Of a stretch of DNA of 64,000 bases, positions 26,159-38,619 are shown in pieces (within the stretch, counting starts at the first letter, position 1; every line of letters starts with the position of its first letter). The notes under the pieces were generated by a model. It saw nothing but the letters and a program-made list of their open reading frames with translations, had not been told where the DNA came from and made no database searches. A program made the translations under genes and the position numbers. The stretch lies in contig JALMLS010000561.1 in the NCBI GenBank assembly GCA_038496445.1, positions 1-64,000 on the forward strand, given 5' to 3'. This stretch comes from Trichosphaerium sp. ATCC 40318 (taxonomy: Eukaryota > Protista > Tubulinea).

Positions 26159-29100
26159 TTAAGGTATACAAATACCAATAGAAGCGTATATATTGGTGTT
26201 GTATACTTGATTACTGAATCTATCAAATCTTCCAAACAATCCACTTAAAAAAACAATTTAGAGGATTTTAAAGAAACTATCTTTAGATTTGCTAATACGT
26301 ACCTCATCCTGTATCCACTTCCCTCATTAGAAACTCGGACACTCTCAAAACCAGAAATTGCACTTATTTGGTATACCATACTCTAAGACAATCGTTAAGG
26401 GAAGAAGAGTAAAAAGGTGAGGAGTAATAAATTAAAAAAAATAAGAAAATAAGAAAAAGCTCCGCACGTTGAAGACAATTAAACCTTGTCTGACGCTTGA
26501 TGATGACAAAATAAAGTTTGGTGCGGATCCAATGACATTCACATTACTATTTAAGAAAGTTGTGAGGAAAAAAAATAGATGCAGTAGTCTTTAAACACTT
26601 ACTCAAAGATAATTTGGATAGATCCTAAAGTGTTGCTTTGACGAACATTTCCAACATCAACACCACCGTTTACAAAACCAGCTACGGTTATTGTACCTTC
26701 ACTGGCATCAAAAGATACTCTGACATTTTGTGCTACACATGACAATGTCACAGGATTCTAAAAAGCAAAAGAGTTAACGACAGAAGGTGCAAACTTTAAA
26801 AAAAACGTTTTGTTTTACCTGTCCTGGATTTTCTAATCGGAAACAGTACGTTGGTGGCGCTTCTGGTCCTGAAGTGTCTGATAATGCAAATGTGCCTGTT
26901 GGGAACACTCCTCCTACAAGACTAAAAGGATTACATCCTGTAACAGGAGCGTTTGTAGGTGCAATTGTTGGAGCTGTTGTTTGAACAGGCGCGTTAGTTG
27001 GTGGCTCTGTAGGCGGTGCGAATGGTGCATTAGTTGGCGAGGCTGCTACAGGAGCATTCGTTGGAGAGGCTGTTTGAACAGGTGCATTTGTTGGTGGTGC
27101 TGTTGGAGGAGGCACAGGAGCGTTTGTTGGCGATGCGGTAACTGGTGCGTTTGTTGGGGAAGCTGTTTGAACTGGAGCATTCGTTGGTGGTGCTGTTGGA
27201 GGAGGAAATGGTGCGTTTGTCGGTGGTTGTGTTGGAGGAGGTACAGGGGCATTAGTTGGAGATGCTACTGTTGGCGCATTAGTTGGAGCAGCTGTTTGGA
27301 CAGGAGCATTTGTAGGTGCTTGCGTTGGGGATGGAAAAGGTGCATTTGTTGGTGGTTGCGTTGGAGGAGGTACTGGAGCATTTGTTGGAGATGCTGCAAC
27401 TGGAGCGTTTGTTGGGGAAGCTGTTTGTACAGGTGCATTCGTTGGTGGGACTGTTGGAGGTGGGAATGGAGCATTTGTTGGAGATGCTGCCACTGGTGCA
27501 TTTGTTGGTGGTTGTGTTGGAGGAGCGAACGGCGCATTGGTTGGAGACGCTGCCACAGGTGCATTCGTAGGAGAGGCTGTTTGAACAGGTGCATTTGTTG
27601 GTGGTGCTGTTGGCGATGCTGTTTGTACTGGTGCATTGGTAGGTGCCTGTGTTGGAGGAGGCACTGGAGCATTCGTTGGAGATGCTGCCACAGGCGCGTT
27701 CGTAGGAGAGGCTGTTTGAACAGGTGCATTCGTTGGAGAAAGTGTAGGTGCATTTGTTGGAGAAAGTGTAGGTGCATTCGTTGGAGAAAGTGTAGGTGCG
27801 TTCGTTGGTGATGCGCTAAGGATATCAGCACAATTAATGGTAACATCACCATCAGTCCAAATAGGAAGACAGTTAGGTAGATTTCTTTCAACTGAATACA
27901 AGTTAGAAATTGTAAGAAAAAGAAAAAATTAATAGGTAGTACTTCTCCATGCAACAGCTGCTCTTAATAGTAGGTTTACACGTTCACTACTAGTACCATA
28001 GAAGTTCTCTCTACCGAAATAAAGACCAATGGGGTTATTATTTTGATTGCATCCTGTCGACATGATTGATCCTGTTCAAGACTTTAAGTTACACTAGTAA
28101 GAAATATTGTTGTATTTTTTACCTTGAGTTGGATTTCCGACACTTCCAGGAATACAGCCTATTTCAGCTCCACATCCGTCAATACTTTCAGTTACTTCGA
28201 ATCCAGGAATAGGAATTGTTAAGGTTGAATAACACCTTGTATGTGGGCTACCAGCGTTGTGTCCAATCTCATGAAGGAGAACAGCCTTAAAACAATCGAG
28301 TTATGATAAGAAATGCTGAAAGAAGAAACAGTTCTGTGAGGACTAGTACCATTGAACCGAAAGCAAATTCCCAGCCAATAGTTGACACGGAATAAGAACC
28401 ATCGCAGAAAGTGTTCACGGAAGCCAAACCCTGTGATGCATTGGGTTGGTCATCGAGGTAAATCCCTATAGCAGTTTCTCTTTGTACAGCCATCTTTGCA
28501 CTTTAAAAAAACGGTAAGTTTAGCTTAGTCAACTGTTTTGTTACTTACGGGTCAGTTTGATATAAACTTTCTATTCTATTTAAAACATTATTAGTAGAAG
28601 CAGTAAATCCATTATATGGATCGGTATCTAGGAGGTAAAGAAAATTAGATATGAATGAAGAAAAAATGGATGGTACTTTGTTCAGTGTAATAGAAGACTG
28701 CTGCAATTTTGAGTTTAAGTGCGTAATCTCTTTCATATATCCAACTTCCCCAAGCGAAAGTACCAGTAATCCAGTCTATTACAAATTGTTCATTTTGTCT
28801 AGTGCCACGGAATATATCAGAGGCTATGTCAACCGATACCTATGTTGAGAATATTTTGAGAAATGAAGGATGCAAAACAAAAAAAAAAGCCATACCCTTG
28901 CTGTATAGTACGGAAAGTTCAGTGGTAAGCTACCGTAACTAAATCTAGTTGTGGAGAGTTGCTCTGCCTCTCTTTTGAATTCATCATGGTGATGATCAAA
29001 GTCACAAGAGTGTGTCCCGCGCACTATCGTAAAAAGAAGTCAATATTTTAAAAAAATTAAAGTGTTTAGGTAATTACTTTGTTCATGTGCTTCTCTCTTT

Positions 29101-29834
29101 CTTGTTACTGCAGGGAGTATGGAAAACTCTTCATCGTATTCAATATTATTTGCTTGACCACGAATGATTATAGCGAATCCTCTCTAAGATAGCAATTTGA
29201 ATCAGTAATGTCTTAAACTGGTTTTGAATGTAAAAGTACATTGAAGAGTTCTAAATTGTTATAGCCTCCAAGAATCTCCAAGGATGATTTGTCTACCATC
29301 AGGAATGCAGTTGATCTCTCTCTTGTCGGGCTAGTAGCCACATCACCATAGAAATACCACTTATCTGGAAGAAAGATTTTTTTTAGAAACAAGCTAAATC
29401 CCCTAAATAGCTAAACATCTTTCCCCCCTTTTACCTCATTACTACGTACCTGGGTTTGGTTGGACTTGATTGCCATTTCGCGTAATTACTGTGGTTGATA
29501 AAAAAGGTGTATCGATCCTAAATACTTCAAGCGTGATGCGTTGAACAGGGTCATTAATGAGCCACGTGACTGTATTTGTTGAGTTGATGGTATTTTGACA
29601 ACTTGACGAAATATCAGCGACAAACTCTTCCCACGTGACTGTTGCTTGTCTTTTGGCGCTTGTTTGCGTCTCTAAAGTAACTTTTAACAACAAACTATAC
29701 GTTATAAACCACGACGGCAAGGTAACAGTACCACGTTTAATAAAAACGTGCCGTGTACCGATGTATAATGTTTACGCACCTGAGAGTATACATGGAACTA
29801 AACATAGTAGAAATAGCGCTACTAAGGTTCGCAT
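26159..29834 (-). CDS. Secreted metzincin (reprolysin/M12B-like) zinc metalloprotease with PTNAP mucin stalk and a C-terminal domain shared with genes A/B; multi-exon
   Basis: Signal peptide MRTLVALFLLCLVPCILS. HEIGHNAGSPH (28241-28273) fits HExxHxxGxxH. Met-turn GSIMS. P/T/A repeats 26945-27810. C-terminal PPTYCFRLE..IGICIP. Confidence 0.88.
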
Positions 29835-30440
29835 ATTATATGGCACGATGCTTTTCACTCTAACTTCGTTATGGGATACGTTTAAAACACGAGAAAACAC
29901 AATTTATTTCGATCAATCTCGAAAAATTACACGAGATTTTTTTGCGAGATTTTTGTACACATAGACAAATTGATAAGATGGCCGAGAATTCTAGAGCAAT
30001 AGCCAAGACAGGGTTTATGCTATTAGACTTGATTTTTGTAATTGGCTACCAGAACGTTTCAAAAAACGTGATTCTATTTACGGACTTAAAACAAGAAATC
30101 CTGACGATCATGTTTTCAGTTGCCATAAGCAAGGAGCTTCTGTAGTATCACTCGCTCTAATCTGTAAGGAGCATTCATCCTTGAAAGCGTAGATTCATGC
30201 TCAGAGTCACTCATTAAGTCGAGCGAGAACACGTTTTCTGGAAGCTGCTTGATCAAACACAAAATCTCTACTCGCGAACTGCCTACGCGTTGACTGATCG
30301 CCAGATTGAATTTACTTGTAGACCATCAAATAACTTTTTTTGACGCGTGGGAAAACTGGCTTGGTTTTCAGATACAGTCAACGAAAATAAATTCCTTTTT
30401 TTCTTTTACACTAAGCCGTTTTTAAACGGCCTGGGCTTGT

Positions 30441-32770
30441 ATGGAAACGGAATACTATGCCGTTACGTATAATAGTATAACATTAGAGTTCGATGCAGAA
30501 CAGTCTAGCGAAGCATTACGTGAAGTCTTTGACTGCCCATCAGATTTCGTTCTAATCGATGGTAAATACGATATTCATCAATCTAGCTCAATGAAAGGTG
30601 GACCATTTCAATTAGTTCATAAGTCCGTTCAGAGACAGCTTAAAACGATGTTTCATACCCTACAAACATCAACCAAAACACCACAAACGCATACAACGCC
30701 TTTTACACAACAAAACGTTACAAGCGCATCAAATACGTTACAGAACGGTACAATAACGCCCAAGAAGACGCTCAAACGTGTACGTAACGGTAGCGAATCT
30801 TCATCGGACAGTGACATGGAGAATGATACGTACAACGCAAAAAAGCGTAAATTCGACACAACAGATAACGGTGTCAATAAAAATCATGAAGAGCCGAAGA
30901 TTCTTAGCGTTACAAGCTCGACAGATAATAATTTGAGCGAAAACAGCTCAGACGCCTCAATGGATGAAGTATATACTGTAGAGCAGATATTAAAAAAGTA
31001 CTACTTAGTGACATTTTCTGAAATGAAAAAGCAAATTCTGACGTTTTGATCTCTAACTTTTTTTAAAAGGCGTACAGTTGGTACTTCTATAGAATATCTT
31101 ATTAAATGGGATGGATACCCTATGGATCAATGTACTTGGGAGCCTGAAGAACATCTGGACCACTGCAAGGTACATTCTTTTGGAAAAATGTCACAAAAAA
31201 AAAAATTTGTTTTTTTACCACGTGTCACGTAAGCATAAGCTACAAGATGTAACATCATTTGTTTCATTCAACCCATTTTTTTAAAATAAGAAGGAGACTT
31301 CTAAATTGAAAAATGGTTGATGGTGACCTTTTAGGACGAAAACTAAGAGTCAAGTTTTAACCTTTTTTTTTTTTGAAACAGGAGGCGTTGGCAGTGTTTA
31401 ATCGATATCACCGTACAAATAAGAGATCAATAGTTTGTGATCATTTTGAAGGTAGACTACCGCGTTCATCCAGAGAAGCTTCAGTTGACCTACTACATCT
31501 TCAGTTCCTATCAGGTCCGTACTTCGTATTCATTGAAAGCTCAGAAATTCTTTGCTGACTTTTTATTCTCTAGAAGGTTTAGTTCACCTTAGTTCAGTGT
31601 TGACAAAGAAACAAGTTGCAAAGTGTGATGCTGAGATGAGCAAGCGTTATAATCAAATTATACATACACTCAGAGCAACAGATAAGCTTGTAGTACGCAA
31701 AGGACAATCAGGCAAAATTTCAAGAAAAAAAAAATTCTTCGTTTTTCAATCTCGTCATTACTCTTTGGTTGCAACTTGATTTTGAAAAAAAAAAGTATTA
31801 CCGATTAGATATATTGTAAATATTCAGGTACTTTGACGACTTATTTGAGTTTTTAAGGATATGGAGAATGGATTCGTTGAATTCAAAGTAAGAGGAAATA
31901 ATCGGCATGATATGCTGGTTCCGGCGTTTGCAAAGGTACCTATTGGATAGGCACTTTAAATATCTAATAACAGCAATAAGGAGGATGAGTTTTCATTTCT
32001 TCAGAATAATCCTATACTGAGACCACTGGTAACAGCTATTTTTCTCTATTTTTTTTCTACTTTTCTTTTTCTGACTGGGTTCCTTTGTAGATAAACAAAA
32101 TTCTTGGTCCTGATTGTAAATTAAGTTATGCTGGCGCTTTTTTAAATATGCCTGGATCACAGAATCAACAATGGCATTCTGATGGAGAACACCTCTCAGG
32201 TGTGATAAAATACAAACTGTTCTTTGTTTACTTTATTTTTCTCTTACTTTTTTTCAACTTGTAGATTATGAGCATCTGCCACCACACTGTCTTAATATTT
32301 TTTTCCCGTTGATTGATCTAAAAATAGAACACGGTCCAACACAATTTGTGCCATCATCTCATTTAAATTGGTACATAGGTAAGCTAGATAAAGCATTTAC
32401 TTTTTTTTTGATGTCTGATTCTTATTATTTTTTTAAACACAGACTGCCCTGCATACACAATAACAGCTCAGGCTGGAGATGCCTTGCTTTTTGATTATAG
32501 ATTAAAGCATCGTGGTATGGGTAATAAATCAAATGAGCCTAGAGTCATCATGTACGCTAATTTGTTCAACTTTGATGACTTTCTTATTATTTTCTTGCTT
32601 TTTTTAGATATGTAACATTCTGTGTCCCGTCCTTCCACCATGACTCTAATTTCAGTAATCAAAGATATATTTCTAAAATGCCTAAATTATTAGATATAGA
32701 TCAAGTTACAAAATCAGTAGATCGAAGGACTTCAACGAAAACAAGAAAAAAGACTATACTTGGAACATAG
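30441..32770 (+). CDS. Chromodomain plus PhyH-like 2-oxoglutarate/Fe(II) dioxygenase fusion protein; multi-exon
   Basis: VYTVEQILKKRTVGTSIEYLIKWDGYPMDQCTWEPEEHL (chromo). PGSQNQQWHSDG, LNIFFPLID, GPTQFVPSSH, AGDALLFDYRLKHRGMGN..R (PhyH HxD..H..R). Confidence 0.85.
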
Positions 32771-33052
32771 TATTTTTTTTTCTTTCACTTTACTGCTCCT
32801 CACCTTCTATATTTTTTTTGAACTTTAAACTCCACCACTGATGAGAACGATAAAAAAATGTACATAGACCATCAGACAAAACATAAAAAAAACCCCATAG
32901 AAACCATTGTACAACATTGTAAAAAAAAAAAACCTAAATGAAAAAAAAATAATTGATACAATCATTTTAGTTTGTTGTTATTCTATTATCAATAAAATGA
33001 TGCTCCAAAATGACTGTTTTTATTCACCTGAACGTTAAGTTTACATACGGCA

Positions 33053-33353
33053 TAGAGATGGTCGCGGTCCGGTCCCGGCTAAGCAACTCAGCAACAAAAT
33101 CTGTAATCTGATAACAGTTTAAAATGTGCGATTTTGTTATTGTTGTACAATGGCACCACATGCTTTTTTTAAGTTTTACATGCCTCAGTGGCTTTGAAAT
33201 TCGTTTGTGCTCGATACATAGATCCAAAGCGTAGTATCAAGCAAAAACATGCAAAAAAATGGTTGAGTTTTCCCTTATTTTTCTTAGCCAGTTGTAGCCG
33301 GTCCCAAAAACATAAACGGCTAACCGGCTATATCCGTTTGGCGACCGCCTCTT
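33053..33353. mobile_element. Old ~300-bp hAT-like MITE
   Basis: Left end TAGAGATGGTCGC vs right end GCGACCGCCTCT (10/12 inverted match). Subterminal CCGGTCCC / CCGGCTA motifs at both ends. Flanks ATACGGCA / TTCCCGCA (5/8) may be a decayed 8-bp TSD. Confidence 0.45.
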
Positions 33354-33489
33354 TTCCCGCATTAGAGCTTAAGTCAATGCGGCTTATGTCTAAGTACTGT
33401 ATTTCTCAATAAAACTAACATATAAAGCCTGTCTCATGTTAAAAAGGAGAAAAAACGTCAAAGACCAAATGTATGTGTAAATTAGTCTC

Positions 33490-34842
33490 TAGGGACTATT
33501 TTTGTACGCGGTTCACACCTCTTATATCAATGCTTTAGCATGTGTTAATGTATCTCTAGAACGAATGGCTCTATTGTTATGTTCTAAGTGTGAAATAAAT
33601 TATTTACTTTTTTACATGTTTTTTGGCGTATTTTTTTAATACATAGCTAAAAAAGCTTCAATCGAGCTTCATTGAGAATAAACAAATGATTCGAGCCTGT
33701 AATCATCATAAACGGCTCTTGCAAATAAAGATATGCGTTATGGGCTAAAATAAAGCTTATGGTACCACAATATGAACGTGTATGTACAATGTACCTTTAA
33801 ACGGCGTTTATCGCTCGGAAAACGCTTAAACCGTTGGTTTGCTGTGTTAATATTGTAGTCAAATCGAGTTCCCCAATACCGATGTAGGGCAAGCGTGTAC
33901 AAGCGTTTAAATGGTGTACATACATTTAATAGCTATTTGACATATGTTAAGAAGGGTTTCAAGTCTGTACAGCCTTGCGTAATCTGTAAATTCCAATATT
34001 CTGTACTCCATTTACCATAAGCAATTTTACATTTTATGAAATACCATGAGTTATTGAAGGTCTCTTACTCTTTGAAAGTATAGTCCATACACTGTATATG
34101 ATACAGCATAAATTTCAGCAATAGTTAAACAATTGTAGCAGCATAGTTTCATAGAAACTGTTTTTGGTAAGTACTGAAGTGTCTCCATGTAAAAAGTAAG
34201 TTCTGTCTCTAAAACTTCTGTAGTGGTAAAACATAACTACAGCAAGCTGTATGGACCTTTGATTCAATAAAGTACCCAGCAAGAGTGAGTATTTTGACAT
34301 TTTCATTTAAATATTATGTTCATCAACTTCTATGAAAAAGTAACCTCCATGTTTTGATACCTAAATTATCAAATACTCTATAACTGCTTACAGGTAGACA
34401 ATGGTTTATTGAGCACCTGCCACCAAAAGGAAAGGTTTGAAAAAGGTATCTGTGGGTTAGAATGATTGTTCAAAATACTGACCAATTTACAGCAATCAGG
34501 TATAGAGACGGGTGATGATAGCTTTATGTGGAACACTGAAAGTGATAAAAAATGCAAGAAACGACAGAATGTAATCCTTAATCACTATGTTGTTCAAGAA
34601 TTACGTGCAAAACATGGTGGTGTTAGAGGAGAAGAATGTGATCCCAGGCAGGAAAAACTCATTTTTGGATTCAATGAAATAGTTGATTGAAGTACACTAT
34701 TAATTACCAGCAAGTTCTGGTTCCACTAAATTATAGACACAAATGTACTCTGAAGCATACCCAAAATTTGGCCAAAAATAACATTTTTGAGGTGTGCTAG
34801 ACTTTTTTTGAAAGTGTGAACTGCTTCCAAAAATCGTCCCTA
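33490..34842. mobile_element. ~1.35-kb non-autonomous TIR DNA element
   Basis: TAGGGACTATTTTTGTACGCGGTTCACAC (33490-33518) vs GTGTGAACTGCTTCCAAAAATCGTCCCTA (34814-34842): 25/29 inverted match. No recognisable transposase inside. Confidence 0.7.
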
Positions 34843-34866
34843 ATCCAAAGCTAACCTCACGACAGT

Positions 34867-35955
34867 GTGAGAACAGGTATTTTAGACCTTCCCGCAGAGA
34901 TTCTAGCACATATTTTACGTCAAACAACCAAAGCACGGTTTGCAGCCTGTCAAACATGTCAGTGCTTCGCTTCTATCATTCACGATATTATCGGATACAG
35001 AAGTGTTCATATTACGAGCATTTCACAAACAAAAGCAGTTTTAAAACATTCAAGTACTCTCCGACACACAAACATTAAACTGGATGGCCTCTTTGGTGCT
35101 GATGATTTTATCAAATTATTTTCTGGTGTTCATACTATCGACCTATCACGTGTCATGGATATTACATATCGACATGTAACAAATGAAGCAATAACAGCAC
35201 TTGCCGGAGTTCATACAATTAAGTTTGACAGTTGCAGACACATAACAGATGAAGGGCTAAAAGCTTTTGCTGGAGTTCATACAATTTATCTTAAGAATTG
35301 CAAATACATAAAAGATGAAGGGATAAAATACCTTGCTGGCGTTCATACAATTAATCTTAACAGTTGTGAAAATATAACAGATGAAGGTATCAAAGCTCTT
35401 TCTGGTGTTCATGAAATTAACCTTGCCTCTTGTTATAACATAACAGATGAAGGCATTAAAGCTCTTGCTGGAGTCCATACTATTTACCTTAATTACACCA
35501 AAGTAACTGACGACGGTGTTAAAGCACTTGCTGGCGTTCATACTATTCACCTCTGTAAGACTAAAGTAACAGATGAAGGGGTTAAAGCACTTGCTGGCGT
35601 TCATACTATTCACCTCTGTAAGACTAAAGTAACAGATGAAGGGGTTAAAGCACTTGCCGGAGTTCATACAATTGACCTACGTTTTAATAATAACATTACA
35701 GATGAAGGTATCAAAGCTCTTTCTGGTGTTCATGAAATTAACCTTGCCTCTTGTTATAACATAACAGATGAAGGCATTAAAGCTCTTGCTGGCATTCATA
35801 CCATTGATCTTAGCCATTGTGGTAAAATAACAGATGAAGGTATTAAAGCTCTTGCTGGAGTTCATACAATTGACCTATGTTTTAATACTAACATTACAGA
35901 TGAAGGTATCAAATCACTTACTGGTGCTCATAATATTTCTTTTTACCTTACATAA
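34867..35955 (+). CDS. F-box-like plus leucine-rich repeat protein (LAGVHTIxLxxCxxITDEGxKA repeats); body intronless, start unresolved
   Basis: ILDLPAEILAHILRQ N-terminal motif, then about 12 near-identical 21-23 aa LRRs. No in-frame ATG (TAA at 34852). CTAAC..CAG at 34851-34865 could be a splice acceptor. Confidence 0.85.
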   Translation: MRTGILDLPAEILAHILRQTTKARFAACQTCQCFASIIHDIIGYRSVHITSISQTKAVLKHSSTLRHTNIKLDGLFGADDFIKLFSGVHTIDLSRVMDITYRHVTNEAITALAGVHTIKFDSCRHITDEGLKAFAGVHTIYLKNCKYIKDEGIKYLAGVHTINLNSCENITDEGIKALSGVHEINLASCYNITDEGIKALAGVHTIYLNYTKVTDDGVKALAGVHTIHLCKTKVTDEGVKALAGVHTIHLCKTKVTDEGVKALAGVHTIDLRFNNNITDEGIKALSGVHEINLASCYNITDEGIKALAGIHTIDLSHCGKITDEGIKALAGVHTIDLCFNTNITDEGIKSLTGAHNISFYLT

Positions 35956-35998
35956 AAATAACATTCTTGAAAAATGAAAAATTATAAACTTGCATTTG

Positions 35999-36941
35999 CA
36001 GGGGTAAAAATATTCTCAGCAAATAAATAGCATTTGCCAGCAAAATTTACTGGCAAATCTTAAGATTTTGCTGGCAAAAAAATCCATTAAATTCAGGGTT
36101 TTTGCTGGTTTTTTTGGCAAAAATTACTTGCAAATATCATCATTTGCCAGCAAATATCTATGGTATTTGCTGAAAATTCACAGTCAAAAAAAGCACATTT
36201 GTCAATAAAACCAGTCAGGAGTTTCAATCAATGCACAAGTTATTTTATTTAAATCACATGCACAAATACAAAATCACATTACAATGTACATAGAGTGTTT
36301 TTCTGTTGGGTGATTGGAATATTTCGCCATATGATTCTATACCATGTACCCCCCTGTAAAATGGTGCTGCGCATCTAATGCAAGTGGTTTCATCAAAATC
36401 CGTGTATTACTAAGAGCTACAGAAGTATGTAAATATAAATCGCTCGAAAATAAATAAATAAATACTTACATACCTCCGGACGCCTGCGGAAGGCAGGTAC
36501 TTCCATAATACTTTTGTTGGTAATGTAAATTGGTCTTGCGGTCACAGGGAGCTTGGTTTGGTTAAATTCCGTCAATTACTAAGAACGCTACATACCATTT
36601 AATAGTGATCATCCAAAATCGTTTTGGGCTCACATTGAAAAAGTATGTCAAGTCAATGAGTTTTTTCTTGGGAATATTATAGCTGGTGTTTTTTGGCCAA
36701 CTCAGCAAAACCATGGCATTTGCCAGCAAATGGCAAATATCTGGATTTGCTGGCAAATGACAATTTTTGCTAATTTGCAAAATGACAAAACCATGGCATT
36801 TGCCAACAAACAGCAAATACCAAGATTTGCCATCAAATGACAGTTTTTGCCATTTCAGTAAAAATGGCAAAACCCAGCATTTGCCAGCAAATGGCAAATA
36901 TCAAAATTTGCCAGCAATTGCCATAGATATTTTTACCCCTG
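35999..36941. mobile_element. ~940-bp MITE with perfect 15-bp TIRs (CAGGGG start, hAT-like) and subterminal TTTGCCAGCAAA arrays
   Basis: CAGGGGTAAAAATAT (35999-36013) / ATATTTTTACCCCTG (36927-36941). Many TTTGC(C/T)(A/G)GCAAA motifs at 36020-36175 and 36700-36925. No TSD seen. Confidence 0.8.
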
Positions 36942-37018
36942 ATAAGAATCCTTTGTACACATTCTGAAAAAAGGGCAAGCCCCTGTAGGTATAGAAATAA
37001 TTGCTTTGAAGATGTATA

Positions 37019-38049
37019 CTATGGTACATAGGGTGTTGATGCTCCGACTTCCATATCAATATCTGATGGGCGTTGTGTATCAGACTTGTTGCCATGGTTG
37101 TGTTTTCTTATATACTTCTTTACCCAACCAACTGTGAGTAGCACAGAGGAAACTATAGCACCAATAAAATATATAATGGACAAAGCAATAATCGACTGTT
37201 TAAAACAAAGGCATAAGAACACTTCAACAACATAAAAAAACTAGTCCAGAAACAAGCATCTCTTCAAAATCCTACTTTTTTCCCCAAAGACAGAAAGACC
37301 TTGCGTTTTATTCGCATTTAAAAACAGCATTTTTAAGCACGTGGGGTAAAAAAAACTTGACGAAATTTGAATGCATTCAACTAATGTGTTTGTCAAATAT
37401 CAAACACGTGTCAACAGATGAATTGCTTAAAAAACGTGTAAAACTTGTTTGAAAAGAATAAACCAACACAAAAACTTACTGCTTGGTAGTGGGCAGGATT
37501 TCCTGTTCTTAACAAAGACGATGTTTGAACACCCTTACCTAAGTCTAGGAGCGTGGTCATAACTCCTGCACTTAGGATAACAAAGAATAGTGATGCAATA
37601 GTCGATACCAAGAACTAACGCAGTATTAGCAGTACAAACAAGCTCGTAGGCTTACCATTATGTAAACAGTCAGAACTCGTCCCATCTGAGGTATTATAAG
37701 CAATATAAAGCTTATAAAACTGAGCACTGCGCCAAGGAGTAGCGTTCTACGGAGAAAATGAGCAACTTCTGACTACTGGCGCCACAATCATTTTGTATGG
37801 TGTCTTGTAAGCTACTTACACTACAACGAAGTCAGGCGCTGTTACTGTACTGTCTGGTACACATTCACCGCCTATTAACTTAGTTTTAATTGTACAAACC
37901 CCTGCTTTGTATTTTGATATTAACCCGGTCAGTATAGTCGGAATTACCTAACAGGAACGCATAAATATCGAATATAATGTAATAATTCAAAAAGCGATCT
38001 TACTAGAAAACTGATTACTCCGACTACTCGGGCAGCTATTATTTGACAT
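37019..38049 (-). CDS. Small multi-pass membrane protein of unknown function; multi-exon
   Basis: Spliced hydrophobic segments LLLGAVLSFISFILLII, FLVSTIASLFFVILSAGVM, SIIALSIIYFIGAIVSSVLLTVGW followed by a basic tail. 5' end uncertain. Confidence 0.6.
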
Positions 38050-38619
38050 GGTATTCCTTTACAAGGCATCACTCGAGTTCAAATTGACTACAATTGACAG
38101 AGTTTCCGGTTAGTTCACTTAACTTAAGACATTACGTGAAACATTTTATACTCTTGCTTTTTTTGGTTTGCACGAAAAATGCTCACCTGTGTTCTACGTA
38201 CACTCTCTATCGTTTCCCGTATAGTTTCTTTATTGTTTGAGTCCTATTTTCAGCGAATATAGAGCGACAAAGTGTTAGAAACTACTGAACTTTCGCAGGG
38301 TTTTTAAAGCTAATACACAACAAGTTGTATGAATTGATACGTGCGGTGTCAATTTCAATAAGATACGTAAGCGACTCTACTCTAAGCAATGAAATACCAA
38401 TTTGAATATCAGCAAAAACCTAACAAGGTACAGCGAGAAATCTGCTAGCGGGAAAAGCGCTATCAACAGTTTTTTCGCCCGAAAACGTGATCTCAACCAA
38501 AAATGGCTGAAACGACATAAAAACGATAACGAACAAGTGGATTTCGCTAAAATGAGTGTTCTTGTAACTTATGAAGAGTTTTGTAGTAAACTACGAGTGT
38601 TTTGGTGTTTAGTATTTTT

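Noticed and set aside
33370-33580. Short 18S rRNA-like words (atgtctaagta, gaatggctc)
   Set aside because: Isolated short matches without continuous rRNA similarity; the region is better explained by TIR elements.
34466-34690. Transposase remnant inside the 1.35-kb TIR element
   Set aside because: No DDE, zinc-finger or dimerisation motif recognisable in the 74-aa ORF.
36562-36967. ORFs with repeated HLPAN motifs
   Set aside because: Translation of the MITE subterminal TTTGCCAGCAAA repeats.
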